Source of the DNA: Chlorokybus atmophyticus
Lineage: Eukaryota; Plantae; Mesostigma and Chlorokybus algae
NCBI GenBank assembly: GCA_009103225.1
Contig: RHPI01002568.1
Span: 323,742 to 387,741 of the forward strand
Reading direction: 5' to 3'
Length of the DNA: 64,000 nt
Shown: one piece after another, positions 25,071 to 39,305 of the stretch
How the letters are laid out: each line of letters begins with the position of its first letter
Numbering within the stretch: the stretch's first letter is position 1
The notes under the pieces: model-generated
The model's database searches: none
The model's input: only the letters and a program-made list of their open reading frames with translations
What the model was told of the DNA's origin: nothing
Translations under genes and position numbers: made by a program

Positions 25071-26965
25071 GTGTTCAGTCTTGTGGAGGATGACATCAAC
25101 AGCACCAGCACATCATTGTCATTCAGTGAAAGGCCAGGGACATTGTCGTTAAGGGAGTTCATTGTGAAGTTCAAGGCTGAGTGTTTGCAATGGGAGACAC
25201 GAGACAAGTCGTGGACGGAGGACAAGACATTCCGACTGATCCCATGATACTTGAAGTATGAGGCGTACACCGTCTACGAGCAGATCGTCACCGAGAGAGA
25301 GCTTGCAGCAGCTGACACGGAGGAGGTCCGAGCGTTGAGGTCGGGAGGGACACCGGCAACGCCAACATTAGCTATGGAGGAGCTCTACAAGAGGTTGAAG
25401 GAAGCATTCAAGCCCATGACAGCTGAAAAGATCAAGGAGTTGACTCTATTTCGAAGGAGAGAGGGTGAGACACCAAGGATGATGTACGGGAGGATGTACC
25501 GACTGTTGGAGGACACGGAGTACTCGATCTTGAAGGACAAGGCAGCTGCGATCATCTATGTAGAGCAGCTAGAGCAACACCTTTCAAAGGAGGTGAAGGT
25601 TGCTATGGCGGGACAAGGAATGTTGAAGGAGTACTCGTTGCAGCATGCGTTCGAGATGGCGGAAGCGATGCAACACGCGGTGGAATACAAGAGGACTATC
25701 TTGACTCTCAACAGAGGGGAGACCAGCAGCAAGGAGGTGAAGCAACCAATGACAACAACGGTGAGGGTGGCGACGGCGGTGACGACACCGACGGGGCGGA
25801 GCTGCTACGCATGCGGTGCAGCCGACCACATTCAACGCGATTGTCCGAGGAGGGGCAGCAGCTCAAGGGAGGCTTAAGCTGATCGGTGTGGGCATTGCGG
25901 GAAGACAGGCCACATGATGGATGAGTGTTGGAGCAAGCATCCGGAGCTGAGACCGAGTGTGGGACGAGCACGAGCGGGGCGGATGCTGACGCAGCAGGTG
26001 ATGATGGCGCGAGGGAGTGCCGCGGACATGACACCGACGACGGAGACAGTGACGACCAGCAACGAGGCTTCGGCGGAGGCCGTGGCGTTGCGCAACGAAG
26101 TGAAGGAGTTGAAGGCGGCCTTGGAGCAGCTGCAGACGCGGATGCAAGGCATGCCATTCGAGTACAAAGCGTACGCGGTGTGGCAAACACGGCGTGCAGT
26201 TGACGCGGTTGGCGAGCACGTGCCCGACAAGGAGGGTGACTGCAACACGCGCGAGGAGCTGGTCAGAACCAGCACGGAGGTGTTGAAGGTTGAGGAGAAA
26301 GTGCACGTGTGTCATGTGAAGACCATCACAACACCGGAGCAGCAACGCGAGGTAGAGGAGAAGATGGGGGTGGTGCGTACAGCTGCGCGCAGCGACGACA
26401 CCTTCTCACAAGGCCGGCGGTGCGTGCGCGCGTGTGGCCGCAAGTGGCGATGGTGGACAACAAGGAAGGACACATCAGCATCGGAGGGTATGTACCGCGC
26501 TCGGTGTTGCTAGCCACGGGTGCGCAGCCAGTCATGTTAGGGAGGACGGCGATGGAGGCGTTGCAGCTGAGCGACAACGACCTCGAGCCATGCCCATTCA
26601 ATATAGAGACAGCGCTGGGGGCGACGGAGTTTGTTCGAGGGCGTACGAAGGAGCAGCTACCTATTAAGCTATGCGGCAACGACAAGGGGGAGAGCTGCAT
26701 ATTCTGGACGCAATGCCTTGTGACGAACTCGACATCATTCGACTTGTTGGTGGGGCAAGACTGCATGTATCCGGTGGGGATGTGCATTGACAACTGGTCG
26801 GAGACAGCATGTTTTCGTCCGCGATGGAGGAGTGGCAATGGCGTGAAGGCATTCATACCTTTGCGACTACACTACTTGGCACGAGGACCGCGAGGGAACG
26901 CGATGCGACTAATGCGCAAGGAGGCAGCGGGGAGCTACACGCACAACGAAGGAGAGTTGGACTGA
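25071..26965 (+). pseudogene. Second Ty3-type gag (two CCHC knuckles) plus aspartic protease fragment
   Basis: CYACGAADHIQRDC and CGHCGKTGHMMDEC lie in one frame, separated by an in-frame TAA at 25875. Frameshift into the protease VLLATGAQPVMLG (catalytic D replaced by A) and FDLLVG. No RT or INT follows. Confidence 0.88.
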
Positions 26966-27949
26966 GACAGTGTGGAGAAGTACATGTGGCGGGTACTTCA
27001 AGGACCTCAGCCTCGCCAAGGGGGGTGGGTGTAGCCTGTTCACTATACATATAGTTGGACATGCTAGTGTATGAGTAGAAGGAGGAGTCATTGCATGGAG
27101 TTGCGGTGTTGTGTATAAGTAGCAGCATGGTGGACATCTGCTAGTGGGTGCATCGAGGTAACATGGCAGTCGAGGGGATGTGGCGCGACAACCACCAGCG
27201 CTCGTTGGCCTGCGATGTTCAGCGCCCCAGCAAGTTCAACAGAGGGCATGCGACCACTCCGCAACAAACGACCATCCTCGTTGGAGTGTGCATTGCGAGT
27301 ATTGCGTGTAGAGTTCTTAACATTGACGACATGCGGCATGGAGTCCCCGCCGCTTCGTTGCATCGGATGACCTAGAGCTGCAATCCTTGCAGACCGTTTA
27401 AGTGCAGTGGACTGCGTGGACAAACGAGTCGACTTAAGCATGCTGGGTGCCGGGAGTATACTACACTCGACCAACATGCACGAGCAACTTGCCTGAGCAA
27501 CGCGGGCGTCTTAGCGTAATCTGAGATTACTGCCGCAACAATCTGAAACTGACGCATATTAGCCAATACGTGTCAATGTTGCGGCATATATCAAGATGTG
27601 CACCAATATGGAGTACTAAACGTTTATACATCCCATGTATATCATGAATCACTGAAATCAGCATCACTGACAGGATCTATTGTCGTCCAAATGAACAATA
27701 TGAAAACATATGGCAGAAAATGTATTGATGTGCCAACTTAATATACTTGATATGAAAGCATATGGCAAACATGTATTAATGTGCCGTCGTAATATAGATC
27801 GATACAAATCGATATATACATATAGAGAGAGAGATATATATATTGTTGCATATGATAACCAAGTAAGATCACGCGTGTGGGATGCTAGTCAAGTCCGCAT
27901 CAATTGTACGTTTGAATGGGTAAGACATGTCATTGCTAGTTATCATATC

Positions 27950-30106
27950 ATATGAATCGATGCAAGGGCATTTAGCCCAGCATTGTTTTACAACTTGCAA
28001 GGCACGGCTGAAGGCGGGTGCTGCGGCGGCGACATTAATGACATTGCCAGTGCGACTCGTGAGTTGTGCAAGACAGGACTATGGCTCAGCAGCAAATGGC
28101 TATAATTGGCAACTACTATATTCGTTGCATTTTCGGTTGCTATGCCAATGGACAATACAAAGGATGGATCTCGGGGTGGCGGCACAGAACTTTAGGTCGC
28201 ACTTAACGTGCAAGGCACATAAAGAGGACTTTGTGAAGCTTGAAGCGCGCGTTGAAGCGCGCAACCAGGAGATGTAATCAAGTACTGGATGGCACTGGTA
28301 AGCCCATTGCTTATGGCAAAGCTTACTATTGGTATCATGCATGCATGTTGCACTGATGATCCAGGCTGTGATACGTACCATTAAGCTACTCGTAGCATAC
28401 CAGTTATTGCACATTGAAATATATTATGCACATGGGTCAGGGACAACTTAGCAGTTGGCGCGTTCCTGCCAGTTGCTGGGACATGGCCCATTGAACAATA
28501 CACTCCCATGCCACCATCGCTACTTCTGCGTCCAGTTGAGATCCTCAACGATCCCAATGTATGTACACATCCCAACCATTGGCACTGACAGTAGTTTCAG
28601 GTAAACATAAATGCATTGAAATCTCACTAACATGCATGAAGTTTGAAAAACATACAACATAGGTGGACGCTACATCACGCCATTTAAACGACGCAGATGC
28701 TCTACTTCAATTAAGGACGTCCCCAGCACATCTCGAGTGACAAACTTTGACACTTGTATGTTGTTATAGTGAAACACAATGTTGCGCTGATTGTAAAACG
28801 CAGGCGAAAACATGCCACGGTTGCACCTTGGGCTGACCAAGAAGCTCATGGACCAAGCCGCTCAGTCATTCACTACAGAGCTGCAGCGCCTTGTTCGCAA
28901 AAACTGCAGAACATACATAAGCATCATATTGCAACATTTCCATAAATGTATGTCCTGCACTTATTGGGTAGCACATATATGCAGCTTGAGGAAGAAATTG
29001 AGTGCTCGACAACACCAACAAATGCTGGCAGACAGATAGCATGATCAGCACGTTAGAAGGGAACAATACGTCGAGGAGCGACTGGCTAACACAATTGCCG
29101 ACCTCTAGGACTTGCAAAGAGGGTTTGCAAGCTGAATCAACAAAGATTTATCATCACGAGTTCAACTTTTAAACAGGCTTTGAAGGATGAACGCCATGAA
29201 CATGCGTGCGTGAAGAATAGTCTGCAGATACTACAGCGCGAACCATCGCATCATCGCGCCAAGATTTGGCGCTGCAAAAACACACGCGCAACTTTGGATC
29301 AAACTCACCTAGCAAATTGGAAGTATAAAGCTTTTACTGAGGCGCACCGTAAACTGTTCTCAATTGCTGAGAACCGCCAACGTAAGGTATACGCCTACGA
29401 GCTACCCCTTCTTTTGCTGTTACATTTTTAGTACCAGCATTCGCTTACAGATTGCAAAGCTAACCATTGTCCTAAAATTGCAATTTCCAATTGGCATTTC
29501 TGTGGAAAAGTAGAACCAAATGGTGCCACCATGGAACAATACCAGCACCACTTGGACATTGCCGAGGCCGAGCTGAAAAGCTGCAAAAGAACTTGGCTGG
29601 CTGCAAATTGGCTACACAGGTACAATGATATACCATGTTGCAATGCTGTAATTGACACTAGGATTTGCCAATTGACATACGGTCAGGTAACCATTTACTT
29701 GTATATCGGCAAAGATGCTAGAAGGCAGAGACGCTCGGAGGCAGCAACAGCTTAAGTTGTACCAGACGTTGTGGCAGAAACTGTGCAAGTACCTCACTAA
29801 GATGGGACCTGTGTCGGAGTAAGCAGCTGCAACCGAGGAACTCCAGCGTTCTGTACGCAAAGAATTCAAAGACAGATTCCCAGCTAACAAGAACCACACA
29901 ACGTGCCAACTGCGCTACGAGGACACCCACCAGGCCCACTTTCTGCTGTTGCCGTGCTGCGGACGAGCAATATGCAGGAGCTGTTTGAAGACAGTGCGCA
30001 CAAGTCCACAGCCTCAGGTGGAGTGTCCTTTTTGTCGGCGCTTCCAGCTGATTTTCATGTACCGACCTCCACAACCAACTGGCCCTTTAGAGTTCCCTAT
30101 GATTGA
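27950..30106 (+). pseudogene. Decayed unknown gene A: N-terminal Cys/His finger plus coiled-coil-like segments
   Basis: 28096-28230 reads MAIIGNYYIRCIFGCYANGQYKGWISG/AAQNFRSHLTCKAH; LMDQA at 28845; helical segments 29180-29700. Paralogous to gene B. Boundaries approximate. Confidence 0.55.
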
Positions 30107-31619
30107 CCTCACATGAAGTCACAGGTGACTTTAGAGCCAATACCTCACAACAACCTCCTGCTCAGTCAGTCAAATAACATAACACATTTTAACATATTCC
30201 AAATTGTTTAGCATCTGCTGCTCTAGTTCATGTTGATGTACTATGCTGGCATACGTGAAAATATGCAAGGGTGTCTTGTTAAATGCACGCATATGCAATC
30301 ACAGTGCATGCCTTCATATGAAAATAAAAACATGGCAACATGACTACTGCATACTAACAGTTTACTCAATACGAATCAATGTCTCCAATATGCTATTGCT
30401 ACGAAATTAACCACAGTGGAAATACTCACAGGCACTACGTCTCGTTTCAACATGTGTACACATCTAAAAATATGCATCGGCAGCAAACTTAGTGTTCGTA
30501 ACAGGTAGAGCGCACCAAGACTAATAGGAGAACACATCAGCAACTTCTTACCATTGTTGACGCAGTACTACCCATCAATTGATGACATAATCAGCGTTCA
30601 CACTCACCAATCGGTGGTGCTTTGCAACAAACTGCTCGCACATTCTACTGCCTTTTGCAACCGAGGTGAACATGGCGCAGGACAACCACAACAACGACTC
30701 CGGCAAGGGCAACCATGCCAATAAAGGTCATATGCGATTGCACATATGCAAACACACATACTTACCCCTAGCTACGAGATAAAGAGGCCACAATGTGCAT
30801 GGCTTGGCCAAGCATGTCAGCATGCATGCATGCTGACTGGGAGCAGCAAGGCGACAAGTTAGATCGTGTTGAAGGCCTTATTGGACGAATGTTGTGATTG
30901 TTGTGATTAATGTCAGTGTTTTTAAAACGTTGCTGATACCTCATAGCAAACCAATGCACAGAGTTCATAGCACAACAGTCAACATACTTACTGCACTTGT
31001 TCATACAGCGTTCCAACCTGCATGTGGTGACGGTAGGTTATGGGCCGCTGACACACATGGCAATGCAAGACGGTTGACTCAACTTCTGGGTGCTCAAGTT
31101 ACCAACATGTACATCGAAATACAACACAAATTTACGCACAATCAATAGCCAACAATACGAACAAGTCCCGCGTGCCGGCGCCAATCAAGTGCTGCATCAT
31201 TTGATAATGTGATCACATCGTGCAGTGTTAAAGATGTTGCGAACATGGCACAATGTTCAAGACGTTGCAAGACATTTATTGATATTGTTGCACACATTGA
31301 TCATGCTCTGTACTGAGTGACGACAGCTACGGGCGTGATCAAAACTGTGACAATTCTAAAGGCACCATGAATTTATTATTAGCACAAGACTCGATCACTC
31401 AACTGAATTGCAGACAATGAAAGCTAACATTATTATCGAGTGCAATTGTGCTGCGTCACAACTTTTGAAAACAACCATCAATGTGCAACATATCAGATAA
31501 CTCGAAACACGCAACGACATGAGAACGACATGTAAACACATTAGTTCTGCGTTGAGGTGAGCGCCAGTGCGTGTATACAATAGTAGTGTGTGCGCTTTTA
31601 TGTAAGGTTGTTGCCTGCT

Positions 31620-33536
31620 TTTTAAAGCTGCTGCTGCTAGGAACGCCGGTGCTGTGTGCATTCACCGATGTGGCCAACCGCTCAGCGCCAATGGTTCGCA
31701 TCGACTCCTACTACATGCGATGCGTCTTCGGCTGCTTGACACCTCTAAGTACGACGGCTGGATTAAGGCAACCAAGCTAAACACCAACGGCCACCTAACA
31801 AGCACTCAGAAAGACGACATGAGAGCTTAGACAGCGGAGCAACAAGACGCTCTTATGAACTAATGGACCAAGCTGGTGAGTAAAGAGAATACAAACAGTA
31901 CACCATCGTTTGCTTCTGGCATGCGTGTTGCATGCGTCAGCATGCACTAATCACTTCATTGCAAGATACTAACTGCCTCATTGATTACACAGGCAGACTA
32001 GCAGCAAATGTACACAACCAGGACCCAGAAAGAGGGTACTTCATGCCAAGACAGGGTGCACATCCTGTCAATGAGCCAAGACTGCCTTTATCGAACCGCT
32101 TGGCTGGCCTTTTGCACCTAGTGGACTATGACAATGATGCCAACCAGCTGTGAAAGACTGAAGTGTATACACCACCACTGCTGGCGCTACCTGCACCCGA
32201 AGGTGACAAACTTGGGCCAAACTGCCAAGCCTTGTGTGCATTTGGCAATCAATACAAGTCCACAACACAAGTTGTTAAGCATGCATGCATGCAACTATGT
32301 GGCATGGTCTGACAAACATCGATGCCACGCCATCCACAGCACTGCAATTGACTGAAAAACGCAGATATTAAAGACAGCAGCACACACTGTGTGTGCGTGT
32401 GCGTGTGCGTGTGCGTGTGCGTGTGCGTGTGCGTGTGCGTGTGCGTGTGCGTGTGCGTGTGCGTGTGCGTGTGCGTGTGCGTGTGCGTGTGTTGAAGTTG
32501 AAACAGGTAACATCAATATTAGAAACATCGATCTATGTGACCCATATCATAAAGCACTAACCCACTACGCTCTTCAACAGCTGAGCCATTGCCGCATATG
32601 CCACAACACAGCAGCCACAGCAGCAGCAGCAGCAGACACCACATGCTGACGACTACATGAAAGTCATGGCGGCAGTTATTGTTATACTAGAACCAAGGCA
32701 GCGAGGATACATGGAGCTAGACTCTATACGGCAAGAAAGTAAGTGTCATAATAGTTAACGTCACACACGTCCCTGTCACTCAAATTGCACTTTGTAATCG
32801 ACTGAACCAATTCTGCAACAAATACCTCGCTTGTTTAATGCTAACCATCACATTGCTGCTTCAAATAGATAAAGAATACATCAAATAACACAAAGAGCTG
32901 CTAGAGCGCAACAACAAACTCGTCAATGAAGTGCGTCATCACATCAACAAACGGTAACAGGAAGTATTTGGAGCGCAACAACCGCGAAATTAATGACTTG
33001 CAAGATCAATTGCATGGCGCGAGGGGCACCATTGCTGACCTGACGCAACTGAACGTCATGTAGCTGAGCAAGAAAGCTATACACGCAGGAAACAGACAGT
33101 GGCTTGCAGGCGACAAACAAATATCTGTTTGACAAGCACGAGGTGTGGCGCCAGCTGGAGGTAGCAGCCAGACAAGGAGAGCAGCAGCAGAAGCACTCGC
33201 ACAGGCCGCTAATCGTTTGAACAAGCTGCTGAGCGACCACAGCGCACATCAACAGCTTACAAAGCAGCTCAAAAACAGGGTGACAATCACTAACAGCTGG
33301 CGCTATGCACCATGTCATGGCGGTGTCATGTGTTGTCACCACAATACTCGTAGATGGCCAAGCTGCGAAGCGCTTGCGGGCTATTTAATGCAAACAGGCG
33401 CTGGCGAAAAGAGGTGGAACCAGACAGCGTAAAAATGGAGGACATGCGGAACGAGCTAAAGATGCAGGGGGTTGAGCTCGATTGCATCAAAGGCAAGCAC
33501 ACCAACCGGGGACAGCAGGTAATCACTGAAGTCTAG
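31620..33536 (+). pseudogene. Decayed unknown gene B, paralog of gene A
   Basis: 31691-31830 reads MVRIDSYYMRCVFGCL/DTSKYDGWIKATKLNTNGHLTS; LMDQA at 31860; helical segments 33145-33536. Boundaries approximate. Confidence 0.55.
32391..32490. repeat. (GCGTGT)n hexamer microsatellite
   Basis: About 16 perfect units. Confidence 0.98.
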
Positions 33537-33621
33537 ACACCCTTCAGTACAGGCTTGCAGGTTTTAAACATATCAAAACTTGGTCATGCAGGCACTCAAC
33601 ACGGCAGGCATCCGTATTTGA

Positions 33622-34468
33622 ACATCACAACATCAAGATTTTTTCAGAAAGATGTACCTCAAGCTGTGCGATTACATGATGAAACTGATGCCAACACTGG
33701 GAACTAGCATAACTGTAACGGGAAGGTACATTAGATTACCACAAATCGATCATAAAAGCACCAAGTCTTTTGTGGTCGAGTGGGCTGTGACATTGGTCAT
33801 GGGAGCTTGAGACCCGGGTTCGTTTCCTGCTTTGCACACGAATTCCGCGGTCGTTGTTTCTCGATCCAACAACATCGTAAATGGTCACTTTATAAGTGCC
33901 ATCATCGATGGGTCGCGACTTGTCTAATGGCAGTCGCGCCGAACTGACCAGTTCAGTCGGCGCGGCAGGGCGCGACCTGCCTATCGCGGCGACGCGACCT
34001 GTGGGGCCGGCAGCGGCGCGATATGCGCGCGTTGACCGGTATAGGCCTAAATTGGCCGGTCCTTGGATGGTGGGGCCGGTGACCGACCCTAAAATCAGAC
34101 CCCTGGGATTGATTCCCCAGCTGATGGGCGCCAGCTGCCGAGGACGTCAGCGTTCTTAAGTGGGGGGGAATGTAACGGGAAGGTACATTAAATTACCACA
34201 AATCGATCATAAAAGCACCAAGTCTTTTGTGGTCGAGTGGGCTGTGACAATAACTGACCTCGCTCCGCATGTCCGCGCTGCATTCAAGGGCAAGCGCAAG
34301 CAGATCATGAAGTCAAAATTTGTATGCTGCTATGACGACAATAAGACACTGAACGACCTGATGCCCTTGCCCTGCAGCGGACACACAGTGTGCACCTTTT
34401 GCTTGACACGTCCGCGCAACGATCCAAAACAAAGGCTGGAGTGCCTTTACTGCAGGCGCATCAAGTGA
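33622..34468 (+). pseudogene. C3HC4 RING-like finger ORF interrupted by the TRIM
   Basis: Removing 33714-34254 gives an open frame ...KMYLKLCDYMMKLMPTLGTSITDLAPHVRAAF...FVCCYDDNKTLNDLMPLPCSGHTVCTFCLTRPRNDPKQRLECLYCRRIK*. Confidence 0.7.
33714..34249 (+). mobile_element. Near-intact TRIM (terminal-repeat retrotransposon in miniature), 536 bp
   Basis: 79-bp LTRs at 33714-33792 and 34171-34249 (TGTAAC...GTGACA, one mismatch). Perfect TSD ATAAC at 33709-33713 and 34250-34254. PBS-position TGGTCATGGG at 33794. PPT (AAGTGGGGGGGAA) before LTR2. Internal region apparently non-coding. Confidence 0.96.
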
Positions 34469-35941
34469 TCTTTTGTACGGTACTAGACAAGATGCCAGCG
34501 CCGCAGCAGATAAATATCCCTAGCGACACAGACTATGACAATGACGACAATGTGTGGGGATATTAAGGAGACCCCGGAGCTGGCCCCTCCTAACGTGCTG
34601 ACTAGGCAACTGAAGAATGCAACAGTATACATAATTCCACGTCGCTACCTTGGCGTGTCGATGTGTGTATATGTCTTGCATGTATGTCGTTGACTTAGCA
34701 GCATGCGTACAACGTATACAATGTGTACATGTGCAAATGGGTGAGAAAAACTATTGCAAACAACAGTGACACCAAAGCAAAGTAATACAACAAGTGCTCA
34801 ACATGGCAATTGTAGGACATAACACATTGCACCACATTGCTCCATATGCAGTGTATGCATCGAAGTATGCAATGTATTAATTCAGACACATCATTCGCAT
34901 TCATGACCACTACTCCTTGCAAACACAAAGTAAGTTCACTTATGTTGAATGTTAAGTTAAAAGCATCCCACTGCAAGAGTGTGTTCCTATATTTGCACTC
35001 TGACATTTTACTGTACCGACTTGCTGCTATTTTTATTGCACTTGTATTTTGCAACAAACAATGACTCAGCACCGACAACTAGACGCTATCGCAACCTGAG
35101 CGTCTATCGACGCCTTCAGGGTTACAACTGTTTGCTCAAACCGACGTAATGTACGCTCGTAATCGCTTACACAAACACTAGCCTCGACCATGAACAATTA
35201 AGCCTACTCGTGATCGGCAGGACTGACGGGTTCACGCTGAAGGGCTTCAATGGCTTTACACGCAGCATCCCGAAAGTCAGACAAGCACCACCCATTACAA
35301 AAACGCACAGACTCCACGAGATCGGCAAAGGCAACATTTGCTTTCCGAGCCTGCAAGTATAATAAGTGCAATTCACACACTATGCAACACACCACTTGAT
35401 ACGAATACAACGCAGCAACACACCTTGGCCATGATTTCGCTTCGATTAAGACCTGCACAAGTCAATGTCGGCAACAACAAAGATAGGCAACATGGGCAAT
35501 GTGGGGAGATATGAAGGCCGATAAACGGCTACAATGGCATCCAATAGCCAACAGACGACGGTGGATGACCATTAATCATTGGGCGGGTGTCGTCACCATC
35601 AAATCCATTGCGTTGACTAAATCGATAAGTAGCCACCTTGCAGAATGTACCATTAACGTTGTGCAATATGGTCGCATGTTAATCGACATGGGGTTAAAGT
35701 AAACAATGCGAATTGCGTCGTAGCGGCTGCGTCTTGCCGTCTAAAAATATAGAAAATTTGTGACCGTCAACCGGCGCAAGGAAATCGCGTGGTGTGTGTA
35801 TGTGGGTGTGTGTGGGTGTGTGTGGGTGTGTCTATGTGTGTGTTCCCACCAAATTAGCCGCATCCACTAGTTGGTGTTATGCACGCTAAGATACGATCGA
35901 GAAACGCTGCTCATGCTACTGAGTATTGTATCTTCAGTGTA

Positions 35942-36198
35942 CCGTATTTGCCCGAAATCCCCCCCCCCCCTACAAACAAAGCCTGGAATTTCTTTTTTTT
36001 TGGGGGGGGGGGGNNNNNNNNNNNNNNNNNNNNNNNNNNNNNNNNNNNNNNNNNNNNNNNNNNNNNNNNNNNNNNNNNNNNNNNNNNNNNNNNNNNNNNN
36101 NNNNNNNNNNNNNNNNNNNNNNNNNNNNNNNNNNNNNNNNNNNNNNNNNNNNNNNNNNNNNNNNNNNNNNNGGGGTGTTGTAATTCGGGCAAATACGG
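35942..36198. mobile_element. Tc1/mariner-type MITE
   Basis: 15-bp perfect TIR CCGTATTTGCCCGAA / TTCGGGCAAATACGG, flanked by TA on both sides (35940-41, 36199-200). Interior mostly an N gap. Confidence 0.85.
36014..36171. other. Assembly gap (N run) flanked by G runs, inside a MITE
   Basis: Run of N. Confidence 1.
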
Positions 36199-36582
36199 TA
36201 TACGCTGCACAATACAGTTCCCCCCAGCAAAATCGAGGGGGGACTGTATAATAAGGGGGACTGTAATGGGGGAAATACGGTATGCAGCATTACGGTGGCG
36301 ACCCTATGTATGCATGAACTGGTGCATTAATTCATGACGGAGCTTGTGCGGCCGCACAGCAGGCGCACAACGCGGCGCCGCAAACCCTAAACGGCAGAAA
36401 CAGCACACAAATGATGTCTCATCTACTGCCTGCAGCGTTGGCGGCGACAAGGCGGACAACAGGGCGGTAGAAGCGGTGGCGGCAGAGCCGGAAGTAGTAC
36501 GCCGTAATGACCTCGTTGACTTGAGGGAGGAGGCGTTTTGCAGGGTTAGAGCAGTGGTTGGAGGCTTGCAAGCTTGTTGGGG

Positions 36583-39305
<2,723 letters not shown>

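Noticed and set aside
33758-33836. Functional tRNA gene
   Set aside because: A and B boxes are present, but there is no acceptor stem and no anticodon stem-loop that I can fold. It is part of the TRIM.
33714-34249. Retrozyme (hammerhead-bearing LTR element)
   Set aside because: No CTGATGA...GAAA hammerhead core in the LTRs or interior.
35060-35760. Possible further cargo ORF fragments
   Set aside because: Short open frames without recognisable motifs. Insufficient support.
35801-35830. Telomere-like TG1-3 repeat (also a degenerate CCCTAA-like stretch at ~3382-3410)
   Set aside because: Only three 10-mer units, internal, and consistent with the genome-wide TG microsatellite background.
35855-35872. 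Helitron 3' end at CTAG|T
   Set aside because: No GC-rich hairpin at the expected distance upstream.
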